Shown here: positions 26,718 through 40,690 of the stretch, piece after piece
Layout of the letters: each line of letters begins with the position of its first letter
Position numbering within the stretch: the stretch's first letter is position 1
Source of the DNA: Glycera tridactyla
Taxonomy: Eukaryota
DNA: 64,000 nucleotides
Reading direction: 5' to 3'
Assembly: GCA_965644265.1 (NCBI GenBank)
Contig: OZ286459.1
Location: 144,398,001-144,462,000, forward strand
Made by a program: the position numbers and the translations under genes
Notes under the pieces: model-generated
Databases searched by the model: none
The model's input: only the letters and a program-made list of their open reading frames with translations
Told to the model about the DNA's origin: nothing

Positions 26718-26951
26718 ATTTGGCTGCTATTTGGTGATCATCTACTGCATCTCCAAGTTTTTGTATCTCGTCAACGTCGTCGGCCAACTCTTCATGCTCA
26801 ACTCTATTCTGGCTCTTGACTACCACATCTACGGAATAGAAGTGTTCAGGTGGATGTTGGATAACTATGACTGGACCACCTCGCCACAGGTGGCCTTCCC
26901 CAGGGTCACCATGTGTGACTTCAAGGTCAGGCGTCTAGGCAACATTCACAG
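26718..26951 (+). CDS. Innexin shared (constant) exon: TM3 and first part of EL2
   Basis: Acceptor TTTTTTGTTGTTGACAG| (phase 2). Encodes FGCYLVIIYCISKFLYLVNVVGQLF...FPRVTMCDFKVRRLGNIH. Donor AG|GTGAGT, phase 2. Confidence 0.95.
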
Positions 26952-28694
26952 GTGAGTAGGGCGTCCTCACGCTCGTGTTGTCATGTCGGATAGGTCTGGC
27001 AACCTCCATATAATCATACGCCGGGGCCATACGTCGCTATGGAGGATAACAGTATTTAGTTGCCGGACTTTCCACCAGGTTATTTCACTCTATAGACACA
27101 AGATGGCATTTTGAGCTGACTATCTATGCCTGTTCCCATCATTACCATAGAAATATGTGTGAATGTGGAATATAATTCCAAGTACTTTTCGGCAATCGGA
27201 ATGATATATCCAACTCAGTAAGTCATTCTCATCAGTATATGTGTCTAATGAAGTACCCAAAATCCACTGAGCATGTCATATGCTTGAACAGTCAGTGCAG
27301 AATGAGGTATTTAATCCTCTGATTTACCGAGAAACCATTATCATGACTTATGAATCTTCAACACTGTCCCTCGAAACAAAATGAATCCACCAGTATGGAA
27401 ATTATGCCTGTTTCTTATCATAGAATTTGATTAAATCATTATACCAGTCATACAAGAAGGGAGAGCAATAATCATTGCTAATACGGTGATGCCAATTCTC
27501 CGAAAATTATCGGAATTCCGAAAATTGGGGTGAAAAATTCAAATTCAGGATTTTCTGAAAACTTGCAGAAAAGATACGTTTGAGATTATGTGAGGGAATC
27601 CAATCATATTTCCGAAAATCTAGATTCTTCTAATTGCCATCTCTGCAAATAGTTGCCAATAGGTGTTACTCTGACCAGCAGGCACCAGACTGAAATGAGG
27701 ATAATGTCAGGAGAAATATCAGGAACCATATGTAAAGATGGTGGACCATCTCCTTCTTATACACGGATTGCAGGAAGAAGAAACCCGGGCCCATTCAGGG
27801 CTTCATATTTTCTGAGAGCTCAGTGGGCCCATATGGTTCAGGAAGTGAAATTACCATGGTTCTAAGTCAAAATTGATGGGACATCTCTTATTCATCACTG
27901 GTTGATATAATCGACATAAATGCTGGGCTAGTGGACCCATGATATGATATATTGAAGAGCCAAGGGGACAGATACGTGGGCCAAGGGCCCATGCCCGCCA
28001 ATAATCTGGAGCTCTACTCATTGACCGATCTTGGTGGGCCAAGAAGCCAGAAATAAGGATTAAGGCCCTGGGCCCATCAACAATCTGAGTATAGGAATCT
28101 CAAACAAATACATGGGATAGAAAAACCCTTCCGGGCATTGAACCAGTGTGAAATTCGAAGTGTTGGCCCCAAGCAGAAAATCTGTAAAAAAAGTTCCATG
28201 TGATGATGTGGCAGATGGTTCCATCCCAATATATTTTTTCTCACGGCCCTTCAGCGGTATATTATGTACTGGGAATACTTTGCATAATATTTCCGCCAGG
28301 CAAGTAGGCATAGGCTATATATCTCCGAGCAAAAGAGTATGAAGTAAAATTGAGAGAACTGAGTAGTCTACGTACAAAGTTGTTGCCTCAATGTGCTTGA
28401 ATCATGCTTGAATATTCCATGTGGCCACTCATAGAATGAATATAATGTAAGTAGAAGGATGCTTCTTTGTTTGAGATTCATTGTTAAGCGTTGCCAGGCT
28501 CCATTCCGAATATTTTGATACATATACATGCTATGCCGAACGAAAGGCATTGGTATGTAAAAGTCTTAAAAGGGTAGAGGTGGATGGATGGGTGGTTGGG
28601 CAAAAAGGCAGACGCGTGGAAGGCCGGTCAAAGACAGACAGACAGACAGACAGACCGAAATACAAATCTGACCCCTCTGTTTGACCTCTTGCAG

Positions 28695-29136
28695 GTATAC
28701 CGTGCAGTGTACTTTACCAATCAATTTGTACAATGAGAAGATCTACATGTTCCTCTGGTTCTGGATGGTGTTCGTTGCCGTGGTAACCGCCGTCAGCTTG
28801 GTGACGTGGATCGCCCGTATTGTGAGCGTCACCGATAGAGAGCGCTACATTCAGAACCACCTCAAGATGATGGGCAAGATCGACAAGAGCGGCAAGGACG
28901 TCGATGACGACACGCGACGTTTCGTACGCTCCTATCTACGTCATGACGGCGTTTTCCTCTTACGTCTAATCGGTCACAACACTAATACGTTGACGGTGAG
29001 TGAGATCATTGGAGCGTTATGGGACAACCGACCCCAGCATCTACGTGCACCGCCCCTCAAGTCAACCCACGAGGAGGACCCCTCTGACCCTGACAGCCAT
29101 CTGCCCCTCAAGCCAGGGGCAGAATCCACTGCATAA
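28695..29136 (+). CDS. Innexin shared terminal exon: end of EL2, TM4, C-terminal tail
   Basis: Acceptor CCTCTTGCAG|. Encodes (R)YTVQCTLPINLYNEKIYMFLWFW...DGVFLLRLI; stop TAA at 29134-36. Confidence 0.95.
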
Positions 29137-29991
29137 TGGGTAGCCGCCTGGGTATATGCACACGCGCATGACTGACTGGTTGTCAACGTATCATAAGAAA
29201 AACCTCAATGAATGAATACCTGATCGCTGACCCTTTTACAACCTGTAAATCACCTGTCTCTTCTTGTGGGCTTCTCCAGGTTGATTGCGTATGAATAGAG
29301 TTTCTCATCTGTCTGATTGATTGAGGCAAATCAGTGAGAATATGTCCACATTACCAATCGAAGAAATTCAATGGTATTATGTTGCTGATTCGTCGAAATT
29401 TGATCTGTTGCATCACATCAGAAATATTTGAAAGATTAAAGACACCAGATATCATTTAATTCACCTATACCCAAGAGTGTTGTAACGTTTCATTTGTTGA
29501 ATAATGCTTATTCAAATTTCCGATGAAATTAAGTATTACGGGACTCTTGATAGAGCTTCTGAGTGTTCTGGACCCGGGCATTCGCCCCATCTTTGCCTCT
29601 TGGGCCCATTAATGTCTCCCATTTTGCGCCCTCTGGTCCATGAACTTCGTTCCTATTAACCATTGATAGATAGGAGATGGCCCATCAGTTCTAGCTCATG
29701 GGCCACACAGGCCTAGTAATTGTCGGAAAATTTGAAGCTTTGTGAAACTGCCATCTGTCGGACAACCAGCCAGTCATCCATCTTACAGGGTACGGCCATC
29801 TTGACGCGTGTGCTTCCAAAATCTTTCTTTTTCTCTCGTTTTTAACAATTTCTATCATTTTTATGTACGTGACCCTTGTCTTTCGATTCTTTAAATTCGG
29901 TCACAGAAGTTCATTGCACTGTCTACAATAACAGCTGATTTCTCGTCGCATTCCCATATCAATAACACTCATTTTATAACGTTTTCGAGTA

Positions 29992-30063
29992 CAGGGTTCG
30001 TACACGTCCTGGAATCCTGGAAAGGTTATGGGAGAACACTATGCCAAACGCGTATGAACCCTG
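29992..30063. mobile_element. Very short MITE-like deletion derivative
   Basis: Terminal inverted repeats CAGGGTTCGTAC / GTATGAACCCTG (11/12 match); no clear TSD. Confidence 0.45.
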
Positions 30064-33000
30064 GACTACTTGGTGTATAAGTTATTTTAGACATCTAAAC
30101 TGAGAATACATTTCTGATCAAATCGTTTCATTCAACTCTCACAATCTTTTGAATCATATCGGATGTTTCGCAAAGCCTTGTAGCAGGCAGAGAAGATGAA
30201 ATGGGAAAATATATCTAGTTTGGCTGGTCAATACATCCATGCAATTTTGAGTCCCGGTGTTTTGAAACTGATCCCCTGAATGGTTGGCTACCTTTTGCAG
30301 AGCGCCTGAGAACAAATATCCAGTACCTTTCAATTTACTGGAGTTCTTGACATCTTTTACGTAAACATTGGGTGAAAATGATGAATTTTCTCCCTGGTGA
30401 ATGGCTCGAATCATTTATTTAGCTTGATCGGGAAATATGTCAAAACATCGAGATAGGAACTTTGAATAACATTCACTCAGCCTTTTCTGGAAACACAGTA
30501 GATTCTAATTTGAAGAATATGACACTTGAACGCTAAAGGGACCAACTTAGATCGAATCCTATTCTCAGACAATTAAATTCTTACCTGTAACTATTTTCGG
30601 AGTGATTTCCCATGCGAAGTTATTCCGCTTTCGTTTGGATGGTCGTAAAGATAGTTTCACCTGGTGGTGGTCCCTGTACACTACCATGCTTCGCCGGTAG
30701 ATATCGTACACTGTTGCTGAGATAGTGGGTGACATCTTGCGGAATATAAGCACACTGATCATTCGCATCACTCATCAGCTGTTCAATAGCTACTTTTGTC
30801 CTGTATAGTTTTCATTTATATCCTTGCTGGGAAGGGCTACCAACATAAGATAGATTCAGGCTTGCTATATATGTGTAGGAGAAACTCGGTGGCTGCGCGT
30901 TAGTTGTGTATATGTGTAGGAATGAAGCCACCAAAGCCAAACTATAGTCGCACGATTACTCGACTTGTATCTAACAATATTCCACGGATTATGCCAAATG
31001 AATTAGAATCGCTGCACGAAAAGTCTTACGAAATTTATAATGCTATCCAGTGCTTCATTCTGAATGTATAATCCCTGCTTTGAAATGATTTATTTTTGTC
31101 GGGTATACGTTTTAATGGACTACAGCGAATAGGTGAACTGCAGCAATTCATGATCATAGACTGATCTCTTCTGTAATTGATTAACCTAACATTTCTTTGT
31201 ACTAGTGGGAATAGAATATGCCGGCCATTTTGATTTCTGATTACTCTTATGGGGCATAAATCTGGCATTTTACGCGTGACCCATTACTCCAAGAAATTTG
31301 GGATTCTATTTGACCATTGCTAACACTGGCATGATAACTCTTCCTGCCTACAGTTGATGACATTCTGCGACATCTAGTGTCTTGCTTCAGAACTTGTAGT
31401 TCGTAGGAATATCACAAGATGGGATTGTCATGTTTTAGGAATAGGCACTTTCCAGATCAAGTTTGTAAAAAAGATATTGCAATTTAGTAATTGTTCCATT
31501 CAAATACACGAGGAGAAAAGAGATCTGAATAAATGTTATATGTATCAACTTATCAACTCAATGTAGTTGCAAACTTAAAACATATTTTTGTTAAGCTTTA
31601 TTTTGATACAAACATGATTATTTTATGCACATTACAAATTTGTACGTACAACTCGGTCCGGTGATAACATAATTGTCACCAATATGCTAGCCTTACACAG
31701 ATACATTTATATAATCTGGCATCTGAGATGAAATAAGGAGAACATGTTGCACTACGTGAGTCAGATCGAGATTCTACTGAAGTAAGACAAGTGAATCATC
31801 CTTTCTTCAAAGCATTGATACCAATTTCGCAATGTTCAATTATGACAATAATCGCATTGAAATTTAAGCAAGCTTACTATTGAAAGAGCAAGTTTTCGCA
31901 TGCATGGTTAGCATCGACAATACATGATGTATTGACTCGCGATATGATTGGCCTATATTCGTCCATTTTTGTATTGAAATCACTACTTCAATGCGAATAC
32001 TGGCATCATTGCAAATTGTGAAATTAGTATCAATACTTTTTATCCATGAAAAGTTGGAATAACTGCGAATTGACCCCATTAGAGACGTCAAGTGAGACAC
32101 ACAAATGAAGGATGTATTCCTAATTGACAGATAGTGAATCGCAGACCACTGATTTGAGATTCCGTGTTCGCTACACTTTTTATATAATACTTGTATGACT
32201 GCACTCGAATTTTAGGAATCCATTCCATGAATTATCCGCGTTGTTACTAACATGAAATATATTTTTCTTATCTTCAGATTTAGCATTTTAGTTTGATATG
32301 GAGTAGTTGATATGTATTTGATATTTGATATTCTCACCTGAAAGTATATGTACATTTGACCATGTTTTGTACTTAACGAAAATCTTGTGTCTATCGATGT
32401 GAGGACATACAAATACTTGATAGTGTTCATTTTACATATATACGTGCCTTATATGGGTTACTGTATGCATATTATTGTTATGTTTCACATACCAATAAAG
32501 ATTTAGAAATATATCAACCAGCGTTTGACCAATCTTCGTGTGAGTGTTTCGACCGGGCGGACGAACACAAACAGACCGACCACCTGACCGACAGACAGAC
32601 ACACAGACAGTCAATTCTCCAGTTCACGTGCTAAGAATGATTCAGAGATACAACTAGCAGCGCCATATGAGTGACCCGATGGGACGGGGAGAGTGGAGCC
32701 ATCAAGATGACTGGTATTTGTTTCCCAAACGGAACTTTATTCGAATATCCTGCCATCTATCTGTCAAAACAGTGAGATGAAACATTCCCCTTCCACCAGA
32801 CGTCGCACCTTCAACGATTCCTACTTTTAGTCCATTAATGGTGCGAACGCACATATGCCAACGACTACTATTTCTGTGTAGCAACTACTATTTTTATTCC
32901 CAAATTCCTACGTTTCACGATCGATGCTACTCTACAAAACCAAGATTTTTCTCTTCACTTCATTGCAATTACTGATATTTCTACTCTTTTAAATTCTGCC

Positions 33001-34637
33001 ACAATTTTTGTCCATCAGAGGTTGGCATCCCTGCGGATGGAATTGCATTAGAGAAGCCCCAGACAATATTATCAGAGATAATCTCCCACATAAACATTCA
33101 ACGACATACCTGATTTTACGTTTTCACAATTTATTTGTCAATAAACATAAATACAACGCTGGACATACACGAACCGAGCAACAAAGGTTATTCACGCTTC
33201 TTAATATTAGACATTACTCATATGCACGAATGGCGAAGGAAAGTTAGCGCGAAACCCACAAGTACAATCTCATCTACGGATTTCAAGAAGCGGTTTGTCA
33301 TCCCAAACTACTCGTACCCCGTGATACCAAAGATGCCAACCGCTACGATATTTCGAGTAATGGCTACTCTCTGCAGACCATATTTGTGACAGTTTACGGA
33401 TGATGCGACTCTGGAAATTTTTCTTGCTTATCAGAGGTTGGCATCTATATGGACTGATACTTGAAGGCGCCTTTCTATCATTTCACCTCCCACTAGGGGC
33501 CGTTGCCGTTAATGTCATGAATTTCCACCTCGCGTCGAGGACCCAGAAAGAGAACTCTGGAATGAACTCAAACATATATTTTGCATTGGCGTCTCAATAT
33601 AGCCCAACCTGTGCCCATGAACAACCATGCAATCAAGCTACTGAATGCCCCCCTCATGCCTATGCTGTATGGTAGACGCAATTTAACACAAAACGGCAAC
33701 CAACTTTTTAACCCTCCAGAAAACTGGGACAGTGTCCAGACCAACTGCAAATATTGCGAATTATTGCCCTGCACATATAACTGAGGGCTATCTGGTCACC
33801 AAATGAGATACTAGACCCCAGTATTAACGCCGGATCCGTGCAAGGCTAGCATTCTTCCATGTTTCAATAAATAGGATGTATATTCACAATAATCCAAGAC
33901 CTCATTCAATTGACACTCAATTACCCAAGTACCCAAGACATAAACAGGTCTCATCTGCGCCTAAATTCTAGAAATGTTCTGGAAATCGGTATTCACACTG
34001 GAATTGTTCTTGATGTCATTTTTTCACGTCACATTTTTTCACGTCAGTATTTTGTACGATTAATGTAATTTTATATCTGCCATCTGGAAATGGCACATGT
34101 GTCCTGAGAACTTGGAAAAGCTGGTGATCTCAGTTATTTTTGCTGATAAATGGTGCACAGTTCAGGTGACAATGGAGTACTGATTGGAAAATGACCCACA
34201 TGATGTCTAGATGAAAAATCGTGATCAGCACCAGAGATGGAGAATGACATAGGAAAATCACAATTTCCTATAGAGCATCTATTTGAAATACTGTGACAGG
34301 ATATATGTATCCCATGAATTAATTTGCGTGTACAGAAAAACATCTAGGAAAACTGATATTTTTCGTAAGAAGTCCGTATGAAGCATGATCTACAAGCGAC
34401 CTATTGGAATTGAAATAGATTTCACCAGTATTATTTGAGGCAATGGGAATATGTGGTATTGCCTATTGGTCCAAATTACTATTGATCCACGTTCATTGAG
34501 CTCTGTTGGGAATATAATGCAACATAAAAATCAGCATCTGTATCAGGTGAACGTACAGAGATCAGTAGCAGGAGGGATTTCTGAGGGAAAAGGGGGGGGG
34601 CTGAATGGCATATATGTCGGAGTGTACTGATTACACG

Positions 34638-34727
34638 GTGTCCAGGTTGTCCATTCACGTGGGAGACGTGTCCAGGTTGTCCATTCACGTGGGAGACGTG
34701 TCCAGGTTGTCCATTCACGTGGGAGAC
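34638..34727. repeat. 30-bp tandem repeat x3, each unit with a CACGTG E-box
   Basis: Three identical GTGTCCAGGTTGTCCATTCACGTGGGAGAC units. Confidence 0.95.
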
Positions 34728-36152
34728 GATAGCTGCTTCTACTAAAATCTCACCTCATCCGGAACTGGTGATCACATGCTCAGTCCATGCATTCAGCAGC
34801 AGCATGAAGAAGTATCACAAGATCTTGAATCGGACTATGCAGGTTCAATAAACAAAGATCATGTCAGACGAGAGGTGGCAACTCCTGCCCCCACCCATTC
34901 AATCCATGTTTTGCATCCATGGAAATCCGGAAACTGTCATCTGTAATGATGTCTCGACCTCCCATATCCGGTGTTGTGCAATGTCCTTGCCTGATGTGGA
35001 GGATTTTCCGAACCCTCCCCGACACTTTTGGCTCTTATCACCCAATTGACATAACCCGTATCTTTGCCCAAAAGCCACAATAATGCGTGTGTTGGACGTT
35101 AGGTGCATATCAGACTGGTGGAGAGATTGAGAACTATGGCGGCGAGAAGTAGACACTAGATGGCGTATTCCTGTTGGCAATGTGAGGCGGGACACACTCC
35201 CATATGTGATGTGTGTGGTCACAAGAGCGCCCACGTGCGCCAAGAGATCTCCGGGAAATGAAGAGACAGAAAAAAAAGACGGATGGATTGGGGATAGTGA
35301 CAAGCCCTCCTTCGGAAATCTGTGGCAGAGGACCTCCCGGTGTGAGTCATGAGCGGGCCAACCGTGGATTTGTCTTGTACCATTATGGCCATATTCCATC
35401 AAAAACTGAAGCATTCGTAAAACGTTCGTCATCAAATCGCCGTCATTTGTGCTAAGAACAGCGAGTGCTGATCTCTGATTGGCTGGTTTTATGCACACCA
35501 TCTACAACTCCATTCATGAATAGGCGCAGTGATCCATGAAACCTGATAATGAGGTGCGAAGAACAAGCACTACGTTACACCCCAATGGAGTATCATATCA
35601 ACCAAACACGCACTCTCTATTTGTGTGCAGCTATACATATCCGAGCCACTGAGAACTGTGTGCTTCGCTGATCAGCCACAAAAAAGAGTGTAGAGAGAAT
35701 TTCCCATTATGTAATTGCTACATTTCCTCAAATTATCGTTCATCAGATCAATGAATGATCTCAAAATTGTGTTAGACTATATCAGTTGTACCTTTCACAC
35801 AGCTACGATCAAGATTCATATGATGATATAAGCCTCGAGAGTCAGAATCGGTGAAGATAGTAGGCAGGTCGAGCAGAGAGGTGATAGCATAGAGATCTCC
35901 AGCCGCAGGTGGAGATCTCAGAAACGAGCCGGTTGTCCAGTGTACTGATAATACTGCACGTCACTGTCGCGGAATATATAGGATGGCATATGTATTGCCA
36001 ACTGATTACAATCCATATCTCATGCTAACGCTCAGCATCAGTACTTTTATCTATACAATGCTCATTTATAAATAGACGAGTTGTCTCTGACATCAACACA
36101 CACTCGAAGATCAAAAAGAGAAGAACTACCTAGTGCTAACTCATTAATAAAC

Positions 36153-36397
36153 CTATCTCACAACAAATCCGCCTTTGTTCAGTTTATAAGAAGAGATGGG
36201 TTGAAAATCAGAGTTTGTGAAAAGCCGTGGCTGAACGTTCCGTTTGTTATCTCGGTAATTTCGGCGACGTTTGCGATTTCGTCTATGTCGTCCTCTCCGT
36301 CGATCATCACGATTTTTCCTTCGGGAATTTTTCCTTCGTCGACTCTTCGTCGGTCTGTAGGTCGAATTCGACGGGTCCGATTTGTTGAACACCAAGT
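36153..36397 (-). CDS. RSPO: R-spondin-like gene, last exon (basic C-terminal region)
   Basis: Phase-1 acceptor TTGATTGCAG|. Encodes the Arg/Lys-rich SRRRKNSRRKNRDDRRRGRHRRNRKRRR; TAG stop. In frame with the TSP1 exon. Confidence 0.75.
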
Positions 36398-38048
36398 CTG
36401 CAATCAAATGCATGGACAAATCTACTCATGCATGGTTTTACTCAATGCGAAACGGAACAATACAGATTGGAATGGCGTCTTTCTTCAACCGACAAATCCA
36501 GACATCTGATTGGACTAGAATATCACGCACTATTGTGAACGAGGTGAGTTTCAGCGTTCCAAAGTACATGTATAAGTAATATAATCATGATAGATAGATG
36601 TCCATTCCAGATTCGTGAATGTGACAAGACTGCACCTGGTGATTCGGGATGATATCATTTACCAAATACAGTAGCTTGGTCAACCAATATTTGACCAACA
36701 TTTTAAGATTTATACTAAAAGTAGAGTTTAAAATCCAAGTGAAATATTCATTACCATATAGTCTAAACTCCTTCTATCTGGTGTAACATCCCTAGACTTC
36801 CCATTGGCGAACATTCTGTCGATTGACACATTCCAAATTACAGTAAGCGTGATGCGAGCAGAAAGTGAAGAGAAATTCATCCAATCATTTAACTTTAATC
36901 TCAGTACAACAATGCATCTTCTGAAATCTATATGATATATCGAACTTGTTAGATCATTTTGATCATCATATGTTACCAATGAACTACAGAATTTCCATTG
37001 TACACATGTATGCTTGAACTACAGCCAGTGTAGAATCAGCTATTCAATCATCTGATTCACAGAGAAATCCTATCATGGCCTGCGGATTTTCAGCATTGTG
37101 CCTAAAAACATAGAAAGACATCCACCTGAAAGGCTATACCCGTCTGTATTTTAGATTTTGATTGAATCATTTGTACTGGTCATCAAGCAAAGGAGAGCAA
37201 CAATCATTTCTAATATTTGCTACTAGGTGACACTTCAACCAGTAGGCACCTCAACAAATTGCTGTCAATGTCTTTATTCACAAGGCCATCTATCACCTCA
37301 GGTGCTGCATATGTTCTATTCATGGTATTCTTTATTTTGATACTATACATTATGGAATCGGTGCATCTGACTCATTAGATGTTGTGACAACTTTCTTGAG
37401 AGTAATGACCATTAATTTCAGAAGAGGTGGGAAATGTAAACACCTTCATTGACAGCCTTGAATCATGTCTAATGCATACATACAGTGACTGCTATGACCA
37501 TTGTTGAAAGATGAGGTAAATGCTAGTCAGATATTTTATACTTAAACCTGTCTACATCAGATGTTTTAGATAGGCAGGTCTGATCAGGTCTGATCAGAAC
37601 GTTGACTATTCATGGATGAGATGTTTATGATTTAAACACGTTTAGAAACATAGCAGCTCCATAGTGGAGACAGGTATTGTCATTAGGATTCTGCCTCATA
37701 TCTTGAGCCATTTCAGAGCACGGTCATTGGCAGCTTGTTTGAATTTATCAGAAGTCAGAGCATATCAAATCTGTGGATCTATATAAAGAACTCCATATCT
37801 TTATGAAGAATAAACGATTCTGTTCAATACCACTTTGCTCCACAAGATGCATCTGACAAATGGGAGTCATTTTGTTCAATTTGAAGAAGAAAAGCAGGGT
37901 CCAACCCATGCCTATGACGCGATTCTCACTATAACCGATATGGTTCATGTTGGACAAAAAGCTACCAATCGACTTCCAACCATAAATACCACTGATTATT
38001 ATTGGTACGTATTTCAGGTGATATTACATGAATTATGGCGCAACTTAC

Positions 38049-38234
38049 CGACGCAGTTACGGAAGGCCAATCGACATTTACGGGCCTCGGTTGTTGCCGG
38101 GCATTTCTGGCCGTTGGGCGAGGGCAGCTGGAGGGCCTTTCTGGAGCGGGACTGAAGGCCATACTTGTAGCCGCATACTTGACCTCGGCGGACACACGCT
38201 CCCCACTCGCCCCACGAACTCACTGCACAATCAA
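38049..38234 (-). CDS. RSPO: R-spondin-like gene, thrombospondin type-1 exon
   Basis: DCAVSSWGEWGACVRRGQVCGYKYGLQSRSR...CPATTEARKCRLAFRNC; TTGTAG| acceptor, |GTAAGT donor, 186 nt, phase 1-1. Confidence 0.92.
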
Positions 38235-38877
38235 CTACAACATACACAAATAAATCAAAGCATACAATCACCAGTATTCGTAGGGAAGATGAAATGGTAT
38301 GTTCGACCAGGTTGCAGCGCATGCTATGCTCTTGATAGATTTCCGTGATTCAATTCCCTGGTGGGTTCCAATTCGTGTTCATGTCACGTCCCCTCAGACA
38401 TCTGATGCCCATGCAATGAGCGGGAGGTAGAACCACTTGGGATTTCTTTCTTTTGGTTCCCAGCGGAGGGTAACATTTTATGAAAATCCCACAGATGCTG
38501 AGTGGCATTTCAGACAAAGTTGGGAGAGGGAATTTGGCATCGGAAGTGATGAGTGGACATATCGTAATTGCCTTATAATAGTCTTTGCCCTAGTTGGGAT
38601 TGCTTTGTGATGTCTGCCCGAGACCTGCCAATTGCTACCTGCTGAAATGGTTTTCGTATGTCGGCGGCAAATCAAACGAGAGCTTACAAATTACCTAGTT
38701 CATAATTGAATTCTATTTTTTCATTGTCAGTGCTTTATTTAGAAATGCAATCGACGGCTATTTATGGATTGGCTGAAGTAAATAGAAATATCGGCGTCCG
38801 GATTTAAATTTTGCCAATTTCTCGGATTACCAATTTCAGGTTTGGTGATCATATCATGGATACGTTTTAAGGTCGCA

Positions 38878-40690
38878 ATGACACCTCTAGTATCCGTGAT
38901 TGTATTCACTCTACTCGACCAGTCTGACGTGACACCTCTAGTGTCTGTGATTGTATTTACCCTACTTGACCAGTCTGACATGACACCTCTAGTGTCCGTG
39001 ATTGTATACACCCTACTTGACCAGTCTGACATGACACCTCTAGTGTCCGTGATTGTATACACCCTACTTGACCAGTCTAACATGACACCTCTAGTGTCTG
39101 TGATTGTATACACCCTACTTGACCAGTCTGACATGACACCTCTAGTGTCTGTGATTGTATTCACCCTCCTTGACCAGTCTGACATGACACCTCTAGTGTC
39201 CGTGATTGTATACACCCTACTTGACCAGTCTGACATGACACCTCTAGTGTCTGTGATTGTATACACCCTACTTAACCAGTCTGACATGACACCTCTAGTG
39301 TCCGTGATTGTATACACTCTACTTGACCAGTCTGACATGACACCTCTAGTGTCTGTGATTGTATACACCCTACTTGACCAGTCTGACATGACACCTCTAG
39401 TGTCTGTGATTGTATTCACTCTACTTGACCAGTCTGACATGACACCTCTAGTGTCTGCGATTGTATACACCTTACTTGACCAGTCTGACATGACACCTCT
39501 AATGTCTGTGATTGTATACACCCTACTTGACCAGTCTGACATGACACCTCTAGTGTCTGTGATTGTATTCACTCTACTTGATCAGTCTGACATGACACCT
39601 CTAGTGTCTGTGATTGTATACACCCTACTTGACCAGTCTGACATGACACCTCTAGTATCTGTGTTGATTGTATTCACCCTCCTTGACTAGTCTGACATGA
39701 CACCTCTAGTGTCCGTGATTGTATACACCTTACTTGACCAGTCTGACATGACACCTCTAGTATCTGTGATTGTATTCACCCTCTTTGACCAGTCTGACAT
39801 GACACCTCTAGTGTCCGTGATTGTATACACCCTACTTGACCAGTCTGACATGACACCTCTAGTGTCTGTGATTGTATACACCCTACTTGACCAGTCTGAC
39901 ATGACACCTCTAGTATCTGTGATTGTATACACCCTACTTGACCAGTCTGACATGACACCTCTGGGGTCTGTGATTGTATACACTCTACTTCACCAGTCTA
40001 AGATGACACCTCCAGTGTATTTGATTGTATACACTCTACTCCACCAGTCTGAAATGACACCTCTAGTGTCTCTTATTATAGACACTCTACTTCACCAGGC
40101 TAAGATGACACCTCTAGTGTCTGTGATTGTGTACACTCTACTCCACCAGTCTGAAATGACACCACTAGTGTCCCGTATTATAGACACTCTACTCCACCAG
40201 TCTGAAATGACACCTCTAGTGTCTGTGATTGTGTACCCCTACTTGACCAGTCTGAAATGACACTTCTAGTGTCTGTGATGGTGTACACTGTACTTCACCA
40301 GTCTGAAATGACACCTTTTGTTTGTGCTCATTTCATGACACTGAAATAACGCCCCGAATATCTGTGGTTGTAGCAATCAACTTCACGACTCCGTGAAGGC
40401 ACCTCCAGTTTCTGTGATTATAGACAATCTACTTCACAAAATTGTCTGGAATTGTATATACTTTAATCTACAAGACGGAAATGACACCTGACGTGTCTGC
40501 GATTATACATGCTCTATTTCACGAGTTTGAGATGACATCTGGAGTGTCTATGGTCGTAAATACTGTACTTGACGTGTATGAGATGACTCCTGCAGTGTCT
40601 CTGAGTATACATACTCTACTTCATGAGTATGATATGTCACCTGATGTATCTATCTTATATACACTCTACTTCGCAAGTCCGAAATGACAG
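38878..40690. repeat. 51-bp minisatellite, about 27 near-identical plus about 8 decayed units, in an RSPO intron
   Basis: Unit ATGACACCTCTAGTGTCYGTGATTGTATACACCCTACTTGACCAGTCTGAC. Confidence 0.97.

Noticed and set aside
34899-35501. 200-aa minus-strand ORF downstream of RSPO
   Set aside because: No recognisable domain and no in-frame link to the RSPO exons.
38739-40260. Long ORFs on both strands (277, 282, 187 aa) as protein-coding genes
   Set aside because: They arise from a 51-bp (17-codon) minisatellite inside an RSPO intron; there is no domain signal or splice context.
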